NCBI GenBank assembly: GCA_964035545.1
Contig: OZ037766.1
Span: 13,878,722-13,942,721, forward strand
Length of the DNA: 64,000 bases
Source of the DNA: Bugula neritina
Lineage: Eukaryota; Animalia; Bryozoa
Direction: 5' to 3'
Shown: in pieces, positions 43,540-57,000 of the stretch
Layout of the letters: the number at the start of each line of letters is the position of its first letter
How positions within the stretch are numbered: the first letter of the stretch is position 1
The notes under the pieces: model-generated
Database searches by the model: none
Told to the model about the DNA's origin: nothing
The model's input: the letters and a program-made list of their open reading frames with translations, nothing else
Program-made: the position numbers and the translations under genes

Positions 43540-45065
43540 TTACCAAAAGCAAGTGTAACTGGTAATTATATGAGTAGTTATGCATACACAGATAGAAGTA
43601 CGCTAACAGTAAGTGTAACATTCATACTCATACTGATAGCCATAGTAATAATCATATTCTTGCAGTTACACTTATGACTTACACTGACAATGATGAGTGA
43701 TTACTATCTAGTCTCAGCCTGAGTCAAACCAATAACTGTAAGTAATAGTAGCATTAGTACTACTAGTAGTAGAGCAGTAGTACTAGTACTAGTAGTGGTG
43801 ATGGTATAACTATAAGTACTACATTTACTATTACTACAAGTATAACTTACTACAGCAGTTGTATTACTATTAGTATCACATTTAATTTTACTATAGAGCT
43901 ACTAGTAGTACAGGAACTACATCTAATAGTAATACTAATAGTACTGCAAATGTAATAGTAGTACAGATTACAGCATCGGCAGTACTAGTAGTGTTACCGT
44001 ACCGCCTAGTCCGACGGCTACTCATAGTCATGCCGAGTCTGATACTCACACTGATAGATCGTAGTCTTGGAGTTAGTCTACTCACACTCACCGTCTAGTA
44101 CTACAAGTAGTACTACTATTACTAATAACACTAAATCTAATACTATAAGTAATTGATTAGCCTTTTACTTTTAGTAATAGCACTACTAGTCTACTACTAC
44201 TAATAGTACTACTAGTACTACTAATAGTAATACTAAAAGTAAATCTAATAATAATAGTAATAGTAATACTAGTAGTACTAATAATACTACTACGTTTACA
44301 GTACTACTAGTACTAGGCCTAGTTTAGACTTTAGTAGTTATAGTACTAGACCTAGTAGTAGCTGTAGCACTACTATTAGTGTTACTGTTAAACTTAGAGT
44401 GTTACTGCTAGTACTACTAGTACTAATACTACTACAAGTAGTACGTACTAGTTGTAGTAGTAGTGCTAGTAGTACAGTGTCAGTAGTAGTAGTACTAGTA
44501 GTTAGACTTACAACCTGTTACTGTTGCCCAGTTGGTGTTATTACTATTAGTTATACTTATACTTATAGTTAATGTTATACTCAAGTTATAGGTAATTTTA
44601 TTACTTATATTTTATTATTTATAATTATAGTAATAGTTTAATTTAATGTTATACTAATACTTAATCTTATAGTTAGATTTACACTTAGAAGTTAGTCATT
44701 AATATTATAATATATTATTTTATTCATTATTAACATTAAAAACAATATTGATAATTATATTTTATTTATTTATAATTTATAATATTAAATTTAATATTGC
44801 TATTACTATTAGTATTACTATTACTATTAGTATTACTATTACTCAATTAGTGATATTACTGAAATACTATCAGTATGAGTATTAGATTTAGTATACTCTA
44901 TTAGTATTACTATTACTATTAGTATTAGGCATTAGCATTGCCATTAGCATTAGCATTAGTATTAGTCTAACACTAACAGTAAGTGTAACACTAACAGTAA
45001 CACTAACACTAACAGTAAGACTAAGTGAGTAACACTAACACTAACAGTAACAGTGATCAGATTAG
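43540..45065. repeat. ACT/AGT/TAA-rich periodic low-complexity tract upstream of the CTTNBP2NL coding exons
   Basis: (ACT)n-like runs, (TATTAC/TATTAG)n, (GCATTA)n, (CACTAA/CAGTAA)n. Confidence 0.75.
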
Positions 45066-48000
45066 TACAACTTTAGGCTAATAATGTAATGAATTGAATG
45101 TGCATTGATATGGTAACTAACCAAACTATTTTTCAGAAAATAAAACAATTATTATTTACACATACAGCAACTGTGAGCACAAGTCATATTCAATATAATA
45201 TAATTATACATAATATAATGATAAATCACAATAACTTTAATTATCGTAATGATAAGCCAACCGTATTCCGATGACCGTTCGAAAATTGTCGATGACCTTT
45301 TTGAAAAGACACACAACTCCTGATTGTTAAGCAATACATTGTTGATAAAACCAAGTAATTTTCAGGCATTGCATCACAAAAAGTTGCTTCAATGACATTT
45401 CATTACATAACATTTAATTTTTTAGTCTTGCTGTAAAATGAGAAATTTGGCAACAAATATGATCTCAATGCAGCCAAAATTAGTTTTGAAAAGATAACTC
45501 TTCAACTCGCACATAAAAAATTTACTTTGTGCGCTTTTACCATAGTAACTTTATGCTGCCTTGTCACATATCGTTTCTTAATCGTAATATATATGTACAA
45601 AACATTTGCAATTGTCCGCAAACAAAGCTTTTATGAAATAACGTGGTATAGTAATTTTATAGCAGACATCGTACCAAGTGTTAACCTGAAAGCAAGTCTT
45701 CACATTCACACTATCTCTCGATTTGACGTTTTGCTGTTCTACACGAGTTGAAGAAAAACTATAAGCTTAATTCAATATTTAACAGATAAGCATAAGGACA
45801 TGCTATATGCAGTGTTCTAACTTTTATATAATATGTTAACCTAAAAAAAATTGCAAAAGATTTAAAGTTGAAGGAAAAAGAAGTTTAAATTAAAATTACA
45901 AATTTAAATTCAAATTGAAGTTGAGACTTTAAACGAATAGTCATACTTATACTAATTGTTCAATCTTTTAAACTTTCACTTTGTTTAAAAGTGGCACAAA
46001 CATTGCTAAAACTACAAGTAAGGATTTCCTAAATTCGTACTTTAACACTATGACTAACAGTAATAAAAAGTAACATACTAGTATTAGTATTACTTTTAGT
46101 AATAGTAATACTAATAGTATTACTATTAGTATTACTATTATTGTTATTAGTAATAGTTGATCAACTTCAAGTGTTGAACTTGTCGATCCCAGCATAAAAC
46201 TAAAAGTAAAACAAAAATTAATTCGAATAAATAACTTTAATTGTTAGCCTGACTATGAGTATCAGTATGAGTATTATTTTAGCCAAAATTGAATATAAAA
46301 TAAAAATGAGAAAGTGGAATAATTCTTAAAATCTTGCATCTCAACTCACTCATGCTAATTTTGATTTTTATATTAATAATAATATTGAAGTTTTAGTTTT
46401 AATTGTTATGAATATCTTTATAATTTAGATTATCTTGCAACATTAACAAGTACAACGTTTTGCAAAAACATTTATTTATTTAATTTGGTAGTTATACTTC
46501 TACTAATAGCAATACTAATAGTTATAGGTATGGTAATGCTTAATTTAGTAACATAGTTTTAGTCAATATTAATTTAGGGTAATCAATCTAATAACTAAAT
46601 AAATGTAATACTAATAGAATTAGGAGTGAGCATTGAATAGCTTTAATTAATTGCTATTTATATTGTAAATTTACTATGATTATAATTATTAAATTATTAA
46701 TATTATCATAATTATTTTTTTCGGTTTACTCGTTAGAGTTTTTAGTGTGTACTGTGTACCATAAATTATTATTAGGAAGATTGAGCTTACCATTCACATT
46801 GTCTTTCTATTGCTGTTGGCTATTATTATTTTTTATGAGCATAAAACAACTATTCAATTTTATGTTAGTATATATTGTGATTTCAAAGCTCTCTAGCTTT
46901 TTGTTCATGTATAACTATTTTCAAGTGCCTAATTTATGCAAATGTTTATAATTGCAATAATCATATGTATTGCTATGCAACAATTTATTTAATGTACAAA
47001 ATTAATGTAAGTGCTACCTTTTTCATATAATTTGAGGTGCATATATTGGCTTGCATAAAGTGGCACATCTGTCTCCCAAATGCAGCCCAAAAACATCTAA
47101 ATATCAATAGAGCTGTAAATTTTGCACTAGTTAGTATCTACTAAAGTATTTTATACTGAAAAAATCTTCTACACTTACAATAAACTATAAAGTATCTTTC
47201 TACATTGGAGTGCACTGTAAAATTACTGGAGTTATGGTTCCATTTAGTGGGTTAGGTTTCAGTAGCAAAAAGCAAAAACAGTATATTAATACTCATATAG
47301 CTTAAATTACAGCTAGGTTATATTTGGTGTGTATTATATATAATTTAAATGTTAATTTAATGTTAATCAGCATACTTACCTGAATTGATCAACAAAACAT
47401 GCTTAAAATAAAATTAATTACATTTACAAAAACATTCTATTGGTTATAATATTAGCATTATTTGGCCTCTATGTGGTAATCTCAAGACAATTTATTATTT
47501 ATTTTCCACTACTTGCTCATCAGCAGAGTTTATTATCTATATAGTTCTTTCTATGTGGCTGTTGCACTTGACCATGCCTACTTTTGTATTCAAATAATGC
47601 CATGCAGATTTTGACACTTATGTTATAAAACAAGTTCCCAATTTGAATCTGTCATATTCCACATGTTACAGGCTGCTGTTTTTTTATTTACCCTCTCTGT
47701 ATATTGCATATACAACAAGTTATTTTATGTTTGCACATATAACACACAAGTCCCTATATTTATATTTTATGTTCAATTAAATTTCTAGTGTATTTTAAAA
47801 TGAAAGTGCTTTAAATTTCAGCTTAAATTTAAAGGTCAAAGTAAAACATTATTGTAATGTATTGGACGGTAATACTGTCCATCCCTGGCATCTCACTTCG
47901 GTAGACTAAGAAACCTGAGGCGAAATTGCATTTTAGATGCTAAGTTTGGTGTTGAGTTTGTTAACGTACCTCACCATCTTCTGCATACTTTGATCTCTGA

Positions 48001-48079
48001 ATGCATGTAATCTTGAAAGTTTTCAATACAACCTCATATTATAACTTGTTTATTTCAGATAAAAGTTCATTGGACAAAG

Positions 48080-51000
48080 ATGAAAAAAAATTTCCAGGGT
48101 ATCGAGTTACCCCAACTGTTAAGTTTGTTACTGTGTATGTTGTTCACCAACTGTAAATCTGAATGCCAATTTTGTGTATGCAGAAGGTGAGGCTTTAATA
48201 GCAGTTCCTCAAAATGAATGTTATATAATTAAACCTTTTGACACTATTTATCATTTTAGTTCCATACCTGTAGATATTGTTTGCTGTTTTATTCAGTCGT
48301 TTTCTAGACTAATTCATTTAATTTTTTCTGTGTTTTTTTAGTAAGAGGGTACATGGGGCAATTACATATTTGTGCATATCAAGTTGTAAAAAATTAGTAA
48401 AAAAGATCAAGTTGTATTACTTATATAGAATATATTCGTGTGCTAAGTAAAACTTTAAATAAACAATCTAAAAATAATATTCTACAACCACCATTGGTTA
48501 TGCTATTATAAAACATGTTTTAAAATTAAAAATTGGTTTATGTGTATAGTTTTTAAAAACTGCTACTTGTATGAAAAATTAGTTTAATTACTAACCTGAA
48601 ACAGTTTATATTGTCATAATAATGCTTTAGTTGATAACTTTGATGAAATTTTTAATCTTGATTTGCTTTCTTTGTATTATAGTTACGTATATGTTTCAAA
48701 TAGGTTTTAAAATAAAAGAATTGATTGAATTGCTTTTGTGAGTTCTACTGAAAGAATTAACTACTGCCAGTTTCCACCGTGTTATAACTGCTAAATCTAA
48801 ATTCTAAAAGGTGTCTATCCATTGTGTAAGATTTTCATATTTTAAAGTCTATAATTGTTCGATTGTGCCAAATTAAGAAATTTCGATAATTTAGAACACT
48901 CTAAAGTCTAACCTGACTTGAAACAGCGCGCTATACAAAGCATTTGATATTTATGAATTTCCTTACTCAGTACTATATATGTGAATTTTGTTGTGAGTTA
49001 TTGAGTTATTGTTTTCAAGTTATTGTCTTCTACTTGTTTAGGAGTACTTGCTGGCCAGGAACATTTTGTTGTTAAAAGTTTAAAAAATTTTTTCACTTTA
49101 CAGAAGCTACTTAGATACAAATGACACTGTTGTGACATCACCATCCACAACTACAAACCCAGAATGTTATTTGGGACTAGGCCACAAAGTGCATATTAAT
49201 GCAACTGCCTTGGCTTTCACTGATGATAAACTCAATGTCACAGTGGTGTCCAAGGTACCTGTTTACACAATGAAACTAGGAGCTCATGAGTTTCTCTTAT
49301 CTAAAGGTAATTCTTTTTAGCCTGCACAATGTTGGTAATCCTTAAGATTTTGTTTAGAAAAAGTCACTTGAATAATTTTTTTGTGGTGACTGAGAGAATT
49401 TGTCACAAACTCTGAAGATTTGGCTTTTATAAATTCTAGCTGCTAATTTAAATTATATACCATTCGTTGTCACCTTGTTATCTGGCCATTACAATTTTAC
49501 ATCATCACATCATTGTCATAGTGGGACCTGCAGATATATATAATAACAAGGTATTTGATCAACATTAAATTCCGATGAGTATACTTTATGTGTATGCATT
49601 ACTATTAATCTTGCAGAAGATATGTTCTTTAATCACACTATAGCTTCCATAGAACTATCAAATGGGAAGCAAACTGCTAAGCCTCAACAGAATGGTTACA
49701 ATCTCTTATGGAATAAAAGTCATCTAACTTTTGAAAGACTAATAGATGATTCCAAAGGTAGTCATTCATGAATGTGTTTTGAAATACCATGTGGTGTTTC
49801 ACGAGTTCACGAGCTTATACTACTGGAGTTACTTGAGCACTCTGACTTAAACTTACACATGTTTTAAATATTAGTTGCTTTTATTGCGAAGGTGTGGGCC
49901 ATGGTACTTTATTCTGTGCTGATGAGGGGCAACTTCTGAAACAGCTGCTATTCACAGATTGATATATTATTCATTCAACTGTCATTAAAAGAAAAAGATT
50001 CTATTGTATAGCAACTAATGTGATGTTGTGTAAATTTAGGTGTTGCTCCAACATGTGAGGGAATCATAGAGGTCCACATAAAAACTACGTCAAATTTCAA
50101 TAAAAGTAAGAATTTTCACATAAAAGATGAAGAGACTGAAGCTAGTATTGTAAATTCAACGTACACAAACAGTCAATACTCTAATACAACAGGTAGTTTA
50201 ATAGTAGCAGGCATTAAATCAATGTTTAAATACCCATTTTTATGCAAAATCAATCTAGAAGCTATTAAAGCTTTTCATCTCAATGAAAAGTAAATGTGAA
50301 ATGTTTCCTATTTGACACAAAACCTTTAATATGTGCCTGTTTGAAATTGGTTGACTATCATAATATTTTTGTTGTGTGGTCTCGAGTTCTACAGCATATT
50401 TGTTTGATTATGTGACTTGAACATGTGCGACTTGAACATGTGCGACTTGAACATGTGTGAATTGAATATGTGACTTGAACATGTGAAACTTGAATATGTG
50501 ACTTGAACATGTGCGACTTGAACATGTGCGACTTGAACATGTGTGACTTGACCATGTGTGAATTGAATATGTGACTTGAACATGTGCGACTTGAATATGT
50601 GACTTGAACATGTGCGACTTGAACATGTGTCATGGATGACTGCTTATGTTTAAATTATTCTAATTCAACATATAACCTATATATTTAAAAAGTATTTTGT
50701 TTTAATACTGCACTGGGTTACTTTGCAGCAACTACAAAAAATTACATCAGTACATTATTATTAACGAAAGGAAGTAATGGCATTAAAGTAACATACATAA
50801 AGCTGAACTGCTCAGAAGACCGTGCCTTGGGTAAAAGAGAAGTGAATATAAATAATATAAAGGTATTATATGATAATAATATACATTTGTTATTCCTTCA
50901 TTGTAATAACAAATAAGTTAATTGGTTCACTAAACGTAAAATATAGTTGTGGAACTTGTACGTAAAGGTTTAAAAAAAGATATATAATTGTTTCATTTAG

Positions 51001-54000
51001 TTTAAAAGTATTTGGAACAAATAATGTTGAATGCAAAACTGTGTGGTTTTGATAGCTCTAAAACTACACTAAAGTATTTAGTACACTTATAAATATCATG
51101 TTTCACTGCCTTCAATTTCAAACAACTTCTACATCATCTACATCATCTACATATGTATGTTAAATGTAAGGAGCTAATATAAAATGAATCGTTATTACTA
51201 TTTCCAAGTGTACAATCTTTAATATTACTGCAGCAGAGTTGTCCACTAGCTTAGTCTGTGATACCCACTTAACATATTGCAGCATATGCCAACTAGAAAG
51301 ATACTCATTACAGAATCTCATACTAAGGTGGAACTTGATGAGTTTACAGAAGATGATTTCCTTGCTGGAACTCCTCACTACAATGGTAAGGGTTTGCAGC
51401 TTATTTCTCTAATACAGTGATATAATCAAGGATATAATATTGCATAAGTAACTAAAACATTCAATACAGCAATAAAAATTATAGTCGAAAATTTTGAACA
51501 TTCTAATTAAATTAAAATAGCTATTGAACTACAATTAGTCTCTTTTACCCGAACAAGATAGGTGAGGATTGAACTACAATTAGTCATAAGTGTTTTTACA
51601 GTTTAAACTGTGTAGGATACTAAAATTTTCGTATTTTAACAATACACTAAATATTTAGAGTGCTGATCAAGAGGTAGTTGTGAAGTAACTGATTCTTAAT
51701 AATATATAATTAAAACATAAAACAAAATTAGTATTGTTTGGAGTTGTCCTCTATAAGTTAGAGCTGGTGTATCATAACTCATACAGGTGTAAACTGATAG
51801 TTTAAAATCTTAGCTAAGTAAAAATATAATTTTTATAAATCTGCCTGGTCAAAATTCCTGTTAAGCTAAGTTGTAACTTATGCCTGTACAGAAATTGTTA
51901 ACTGGGCATAATTTATTGAAAGAGCCTCAATGTTTTAGGAGTAGACGAGCTACAAATTGAAAACTACCAGTACCATGTCTATGGCACTGCCACCATCCAC
52001 AATGCAAGTTATGTTTATCTTCCTAACAGAAACAACTCCTATGAAGTGTATATCAGTAAGTTACTATATGCCTTGTAGTATTGTGGTATATTTGTAGTTT
52101 AACCTATCCATATGTATTTTTCTTCTCTGATTATTTATGCAACTCATTCCTTTCTTATTTTTAGAGAATGCCAACATGATAAGATCAACTAGTGATCAGC
52201 TTTTTTTTCTTTTACCATCACAAATTGTCAGGTTCACTATCGCAGCACCTGGAGTGCTTTTCTATTTCACCCAAACTAATGAAATGCTTCTAAAAGGAGA
52301 CCGACAAGGGACTACAGCAGAGTTCACTCATCAGTTTTTATCTAATTCTTCAAGTGTAGAATATAATACAAACAACACACTGTCAATCGGCTCTTCATTC
52401 TCACGTGTCTGCCCATCTGGATCCACAATATACTTACATCACAGGCTTAAAGGCATTATTAAAATCATACATAGTAACCATGGTGTATGCGCTATTATCT
52501 ACGACTTTTTATATCCGATGCTTTTGGAAGGAAATAGACTAAGTATGAACCACACAAAGGATGTGAAAGGACAGTATACCTTTAAAGAAAACCCTATATT
52601 CTTTTATGATCACATAACTTTTTTTAGCAAATTTCCAACAGGTGGTCACAATGGTGCATCTATGATACACCCAGGGGGAGTTTTACATATTGAACCATAT
52701 GCATTGACATTCACAAACATCTCCTCAGGTAAAACTCTAGAGTGGCCACACAGAGATTTGAAAGGAGTTTTTGTTGCTACTCGGAGTTATGCAATGGTGG
52801 AGAATCAAATCATCAGCTACCAGAACATAACTTCCCTGATATATTCCTCCAACACGAGTGTGCTCACACTGAATACTGCAACGGAAACATTTGCACAAAT
52901 TATGGCTCCTTTCACATCTGCTTGGACCCACTCTCATCATCTTGAAATTTTGGGCAGCACATCGAATTTGTGTATGATGACTTTGTTTCTACAACTAGAT
53001 TATGTAATAATAGCAGAGATGAGTGAGTATGGTATTCTGTTTAGCACGGAGCATGAAACGGTGCTGTCCAATAACAATATCTTCGTTCAAGACTCAGTTT
53101 CAGCTTTTCAAACACTGATTATACAAAAAGAAGTTATGAGTTTAGGTATGCTGAAAATATTCTACCAAAGCTTGCAATTCAGTCTCAATGGAAATCAATT
53201 AACATTGACTTTATCCGATGGTACTTCTATTCTCCTGGATATTGAAAACAAAAGGCTTTATATTTTTGAGGGCAATATCTATTATATGGGTAAGTCTTGA
53301 AATGCCTGTTTGTAGAAATTTTTGTTGGGTCATTTCGAAATTTATCCAACTTTGTTTAATTACCTTCAGAAATGTTTGGTTCTAATGATGTATTTGCATG
53401 CCATTAATATCTACATAGGAAAATCTGTACAAGGAAAATCTGAAAATACAATTTCCCCAACTGTTTGAATTTCCTGCAAGCTCTAAAACCTTTGTTATTC
53501 TTCCCTACATTGGCTAAACTTTTGTATGTATATAATATTATATTAGAATTTGTTTGCAGAAGTGAAATCTGATGGAAGTTACTTGCGTGTGGCTGTTGAA
53601 GCTGGTGTGTTATCTGATCGAAACTCATCTCTTGTCTTTGATGAGACTCTTTTTATTGGAAGCATAGCACTTCTTTCAGCTAAAGGTATACTGTTGTTAG
53701 TAATACAGCAAGATATAAACCAGTCAGATGTTTTGGGAATATAGAAAGCATTTAGCTTTTCTGCAAGTAGTGATAATCTAAATTATTTTTAAAAAGCTCA
53801 CAGCTGGCCGGTAGTTTATAGTCGCTCTCTTTGTGAGAACTCCTGACGGAAAATATTTTTTGAAGTGGGTTAAAAACATGTTTTTCTATTGTGGTAAAGA
53901 AGCAAATTTTACTGAATTCTCTTCCTAACCTTACCAATGGCCTTGTGTACGAAGCCAGTACCCTTACCAATAAACCAATGCTTCATGCTAACATTAATGC

Positions 54001-57000
54001 TAGCTATTACACATGCTTTTTTATGTCAGCAAATTTACAAAAAGGTCAAATAATTTCAAATGATATTCTGCGTGAAGGTGTTGGTATAGTTGTTGAAACT
54101 GGACTTTTATCTTTAGAGTGGCACGTATGCCATGAGGATGTTGATTGACAAGTGAAAAATATTGTTGCATATATACTATTGTGATAGTTGGGCTAAGTAG
54201 TTGACTATTTGTTGCGGCATCATGAAGTTGAGTTTAGCATATCTCTTCAACATTTTCTTGTTATTTAATTTTCGATGCGTTTTCTGTATCATTTACTGCT
54301 ATAGATATAGTTCAGAGAGAGCAGTGAGAGTTTTCTATAACCATGCAAGTGTTTGGCAAACTCATTCAACTCTCTCTTTGTCACAAGAAAATAAACCCAT
54401 CTTTATTTTTAACATGGAACGATTTGGTATTTGCTATCAACTAACGGATTGTGCTAGCCCAGTTTTTATGCGAAGTACTTATAAAAATGAATATAATAAT
54501 CCTTATCGTAAGTTTAATATTCTCAGTAAATAAGAAAAGTTACATCAGAGTTGGATTATATTTGTTTATTTTTGCTCAAGTCGAATGCTGTATTGTGTCG
54601 TGGTGTTCCAGGTATACAAGAAGTGATTCTCTCTGATAGTGCCGTGCGGCTGTACCACACGGAAGGATATCTGTATGCAAATCAAAGTGTAGTGGAAGAT
54701 CACAACGACTGGCGGGCAACAATGAGAACCATAGGTGTGCCACATTATAACGGCTCTCATGTCAACTACCTCCTTGAAGATCACCAAATAGAGGCTTCAA
54801 TCCGTGTTGGTGAGTGTTACTACACGTAGACTCTGTTTTGTGTAATTCAACTGCTTCTCACCTTTTCTCGCCATCTCCGTGTTAGTCCTTGCAGGTAACA
54901 AGGTTCTGCATAGCCAACTCAATTAATGGTTTCCATCTAACTCTGTCGCTTGTGTCTTCGTTATTCCATTTCTATGCTTTCATATCTGATACACCCATGT
55001 TTTGGTCTTCCTCTCTTTCTCTTATCTTCAATATCAATACTGCTGTTTCTCTTTGTGTGTTTGATATAATTGTATTGCTAGTATAATAATTATATGCAAT
55101 TAATTGCGCCATCGTGTCATCCTACAATTTATCCTCAACTATTACTTTAAATCATCGTTTAAGTGTGACTAGGTGTATATAAATTACTGTGTATATATTA
55201 ATTTTAGCAGAGTGTGTCAATTTAACTTAAAACATAAGTATGAGCAACATAATTACTAATCTCAGGTGTTTTGTTTCAAGTTGATCAGCTGACATGATGT
55301 AAATTCCACAATTTCTACATCTTTTTAAGTCAATGAAACCCCTGCACAGCTATCAATGAAAGTCAGTAAAAACAGAAGCAATATTGTATTTTGTGAAGAA
55401 GAATGTAACATAACAATGCTGATGGATACAACTCGTCTCACAAACCATAAGTTTTTGTTGAATCGTACGCACTTGGTGTATGGGAAGAGGAATGAGTCTT
55501 TATACCTCCCTGGTAAGAGTACATGCAGTCTACGGATATAATCTCAACATTGTCTGGCTGTGAATAGTGTAGTATAAACTTGTGTAGATATTAATAGCTC
55601 TGCTGTTTTAAGTTATGTTGAATAATTTTATGGTTGAATGTTTTTGAAATCTTTTATCAATCTACTTTACTTATGATGTGTCATTGTGCCTGTCAAATAA
55701 AACAATGTATATACTAGTACATACTCCTATCATCACATTCATATTGTATAACTTTTAGGAGATATCAACATCACTGCCAACTATTTTACCATATCCGAAG
55801 GCGGATCTACATTTAGTCTGTACAACCCTGGAGGAGAAAGCATTTATGTAAACATTACTACTGCTGCTGTGATATTCGTGCTGCATGGTGGCACACATGA
55901 GGTGATACTCTATGGTGAAGTTATTTCTGTTCAAGAACTAGCCGACCATCTCACTATCAATGTCAATGGAAGTAGAGGTACGTGTCACAATCTATTTATT
56001 TGATACGGGGTTGTAGCATTGAAGTTGTCCTCTCATCTATGATTTTTACTTCGCTTTGAAACCTCAGCTAAATTTTACCCAATTTTCTAGTCGTACCAAA
56101 ACTTTAAAATGTTGAATTTTATTCTTTGAGGTTTGCAGCATCTGGTAAAATATGAGCTATAGCTGTTCTATGTTACCACAAACTGTGGTGTCATAACTCC
56201 AACCAGTTCCATCGCAGTAATCACATAGTCCTACAGAAGTACAAGTTTTATTTGTATTGGGAGTTGAGACCAGTAAAATGGCATGACTCTACAAGGGCTT
56301 TAAATGGGAATTCTTAGAGATAGTAGAAAATGGAGTTGAATACGTTATTCACTGTGTGCTAAGATGGTTGACTATAAATTGTAGATGTAGCTGTTTGGTT
56401 TAAGGAGAAAATCAGCAGTGGGTCAGGATGTGTTGCATATGTGACTGAGCTTGGCTATGCCGAGGTGTGCGGAAAAGCTATGAGTAAGTTTAATATATAT
56501 CAGTGATTGTTGTAAGATGATGTGTAGCGTGCAGCTTATTATATGTGTTCATGTAGTTTAAACTGTATAGAGTCATGGAAACATCATGCAATGGAGTAAC
56601 ATTAAAGGCTAGTGAGACAACTAAAGGTATCGTGATAACAATTTCATAAAATGTGAACTACGCCTCTGCTTGAATAAATTATTAATATAAGCCGAATATG
56701 TGATATTTGATTGAGTATAAAAGTATGTAACATAATTTGCTTCTTTTCAAGCCTTGATTGTGGTTAGTTTCTTAAAGCTATTTTCAATATTAAATAAATT
56801 TCAATGCAGATATGTCATCTTAAATAGGTTTCTAAAAAGTAAAATAAAAATAATGAAACGTTTTAATAATTTGATTTAGATATAGAATCAGTTTAATAAG
56901 CTAAGCATGTATTCAAGTCAATTTGCTTGATTTGTGATACACTTTGCTGCACATTTAGGGCAAATTTTATAGCCACTTGAAGGTTATATTATTGAGGAAA

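Noticed and set aside
47863-47945. Ribozyme-like hairpins (TGGACGG..CTGTCCA; GCATCT..AGATGC)
   Set aside because: No complete hammerhead or HDV core; short stems are expected by chance.
50358-50633. CRISPR array or repeat-protein ORFs
   Set aside because: Head-to-tail minisatellite without unique spacers, in a eukaryotic intron.
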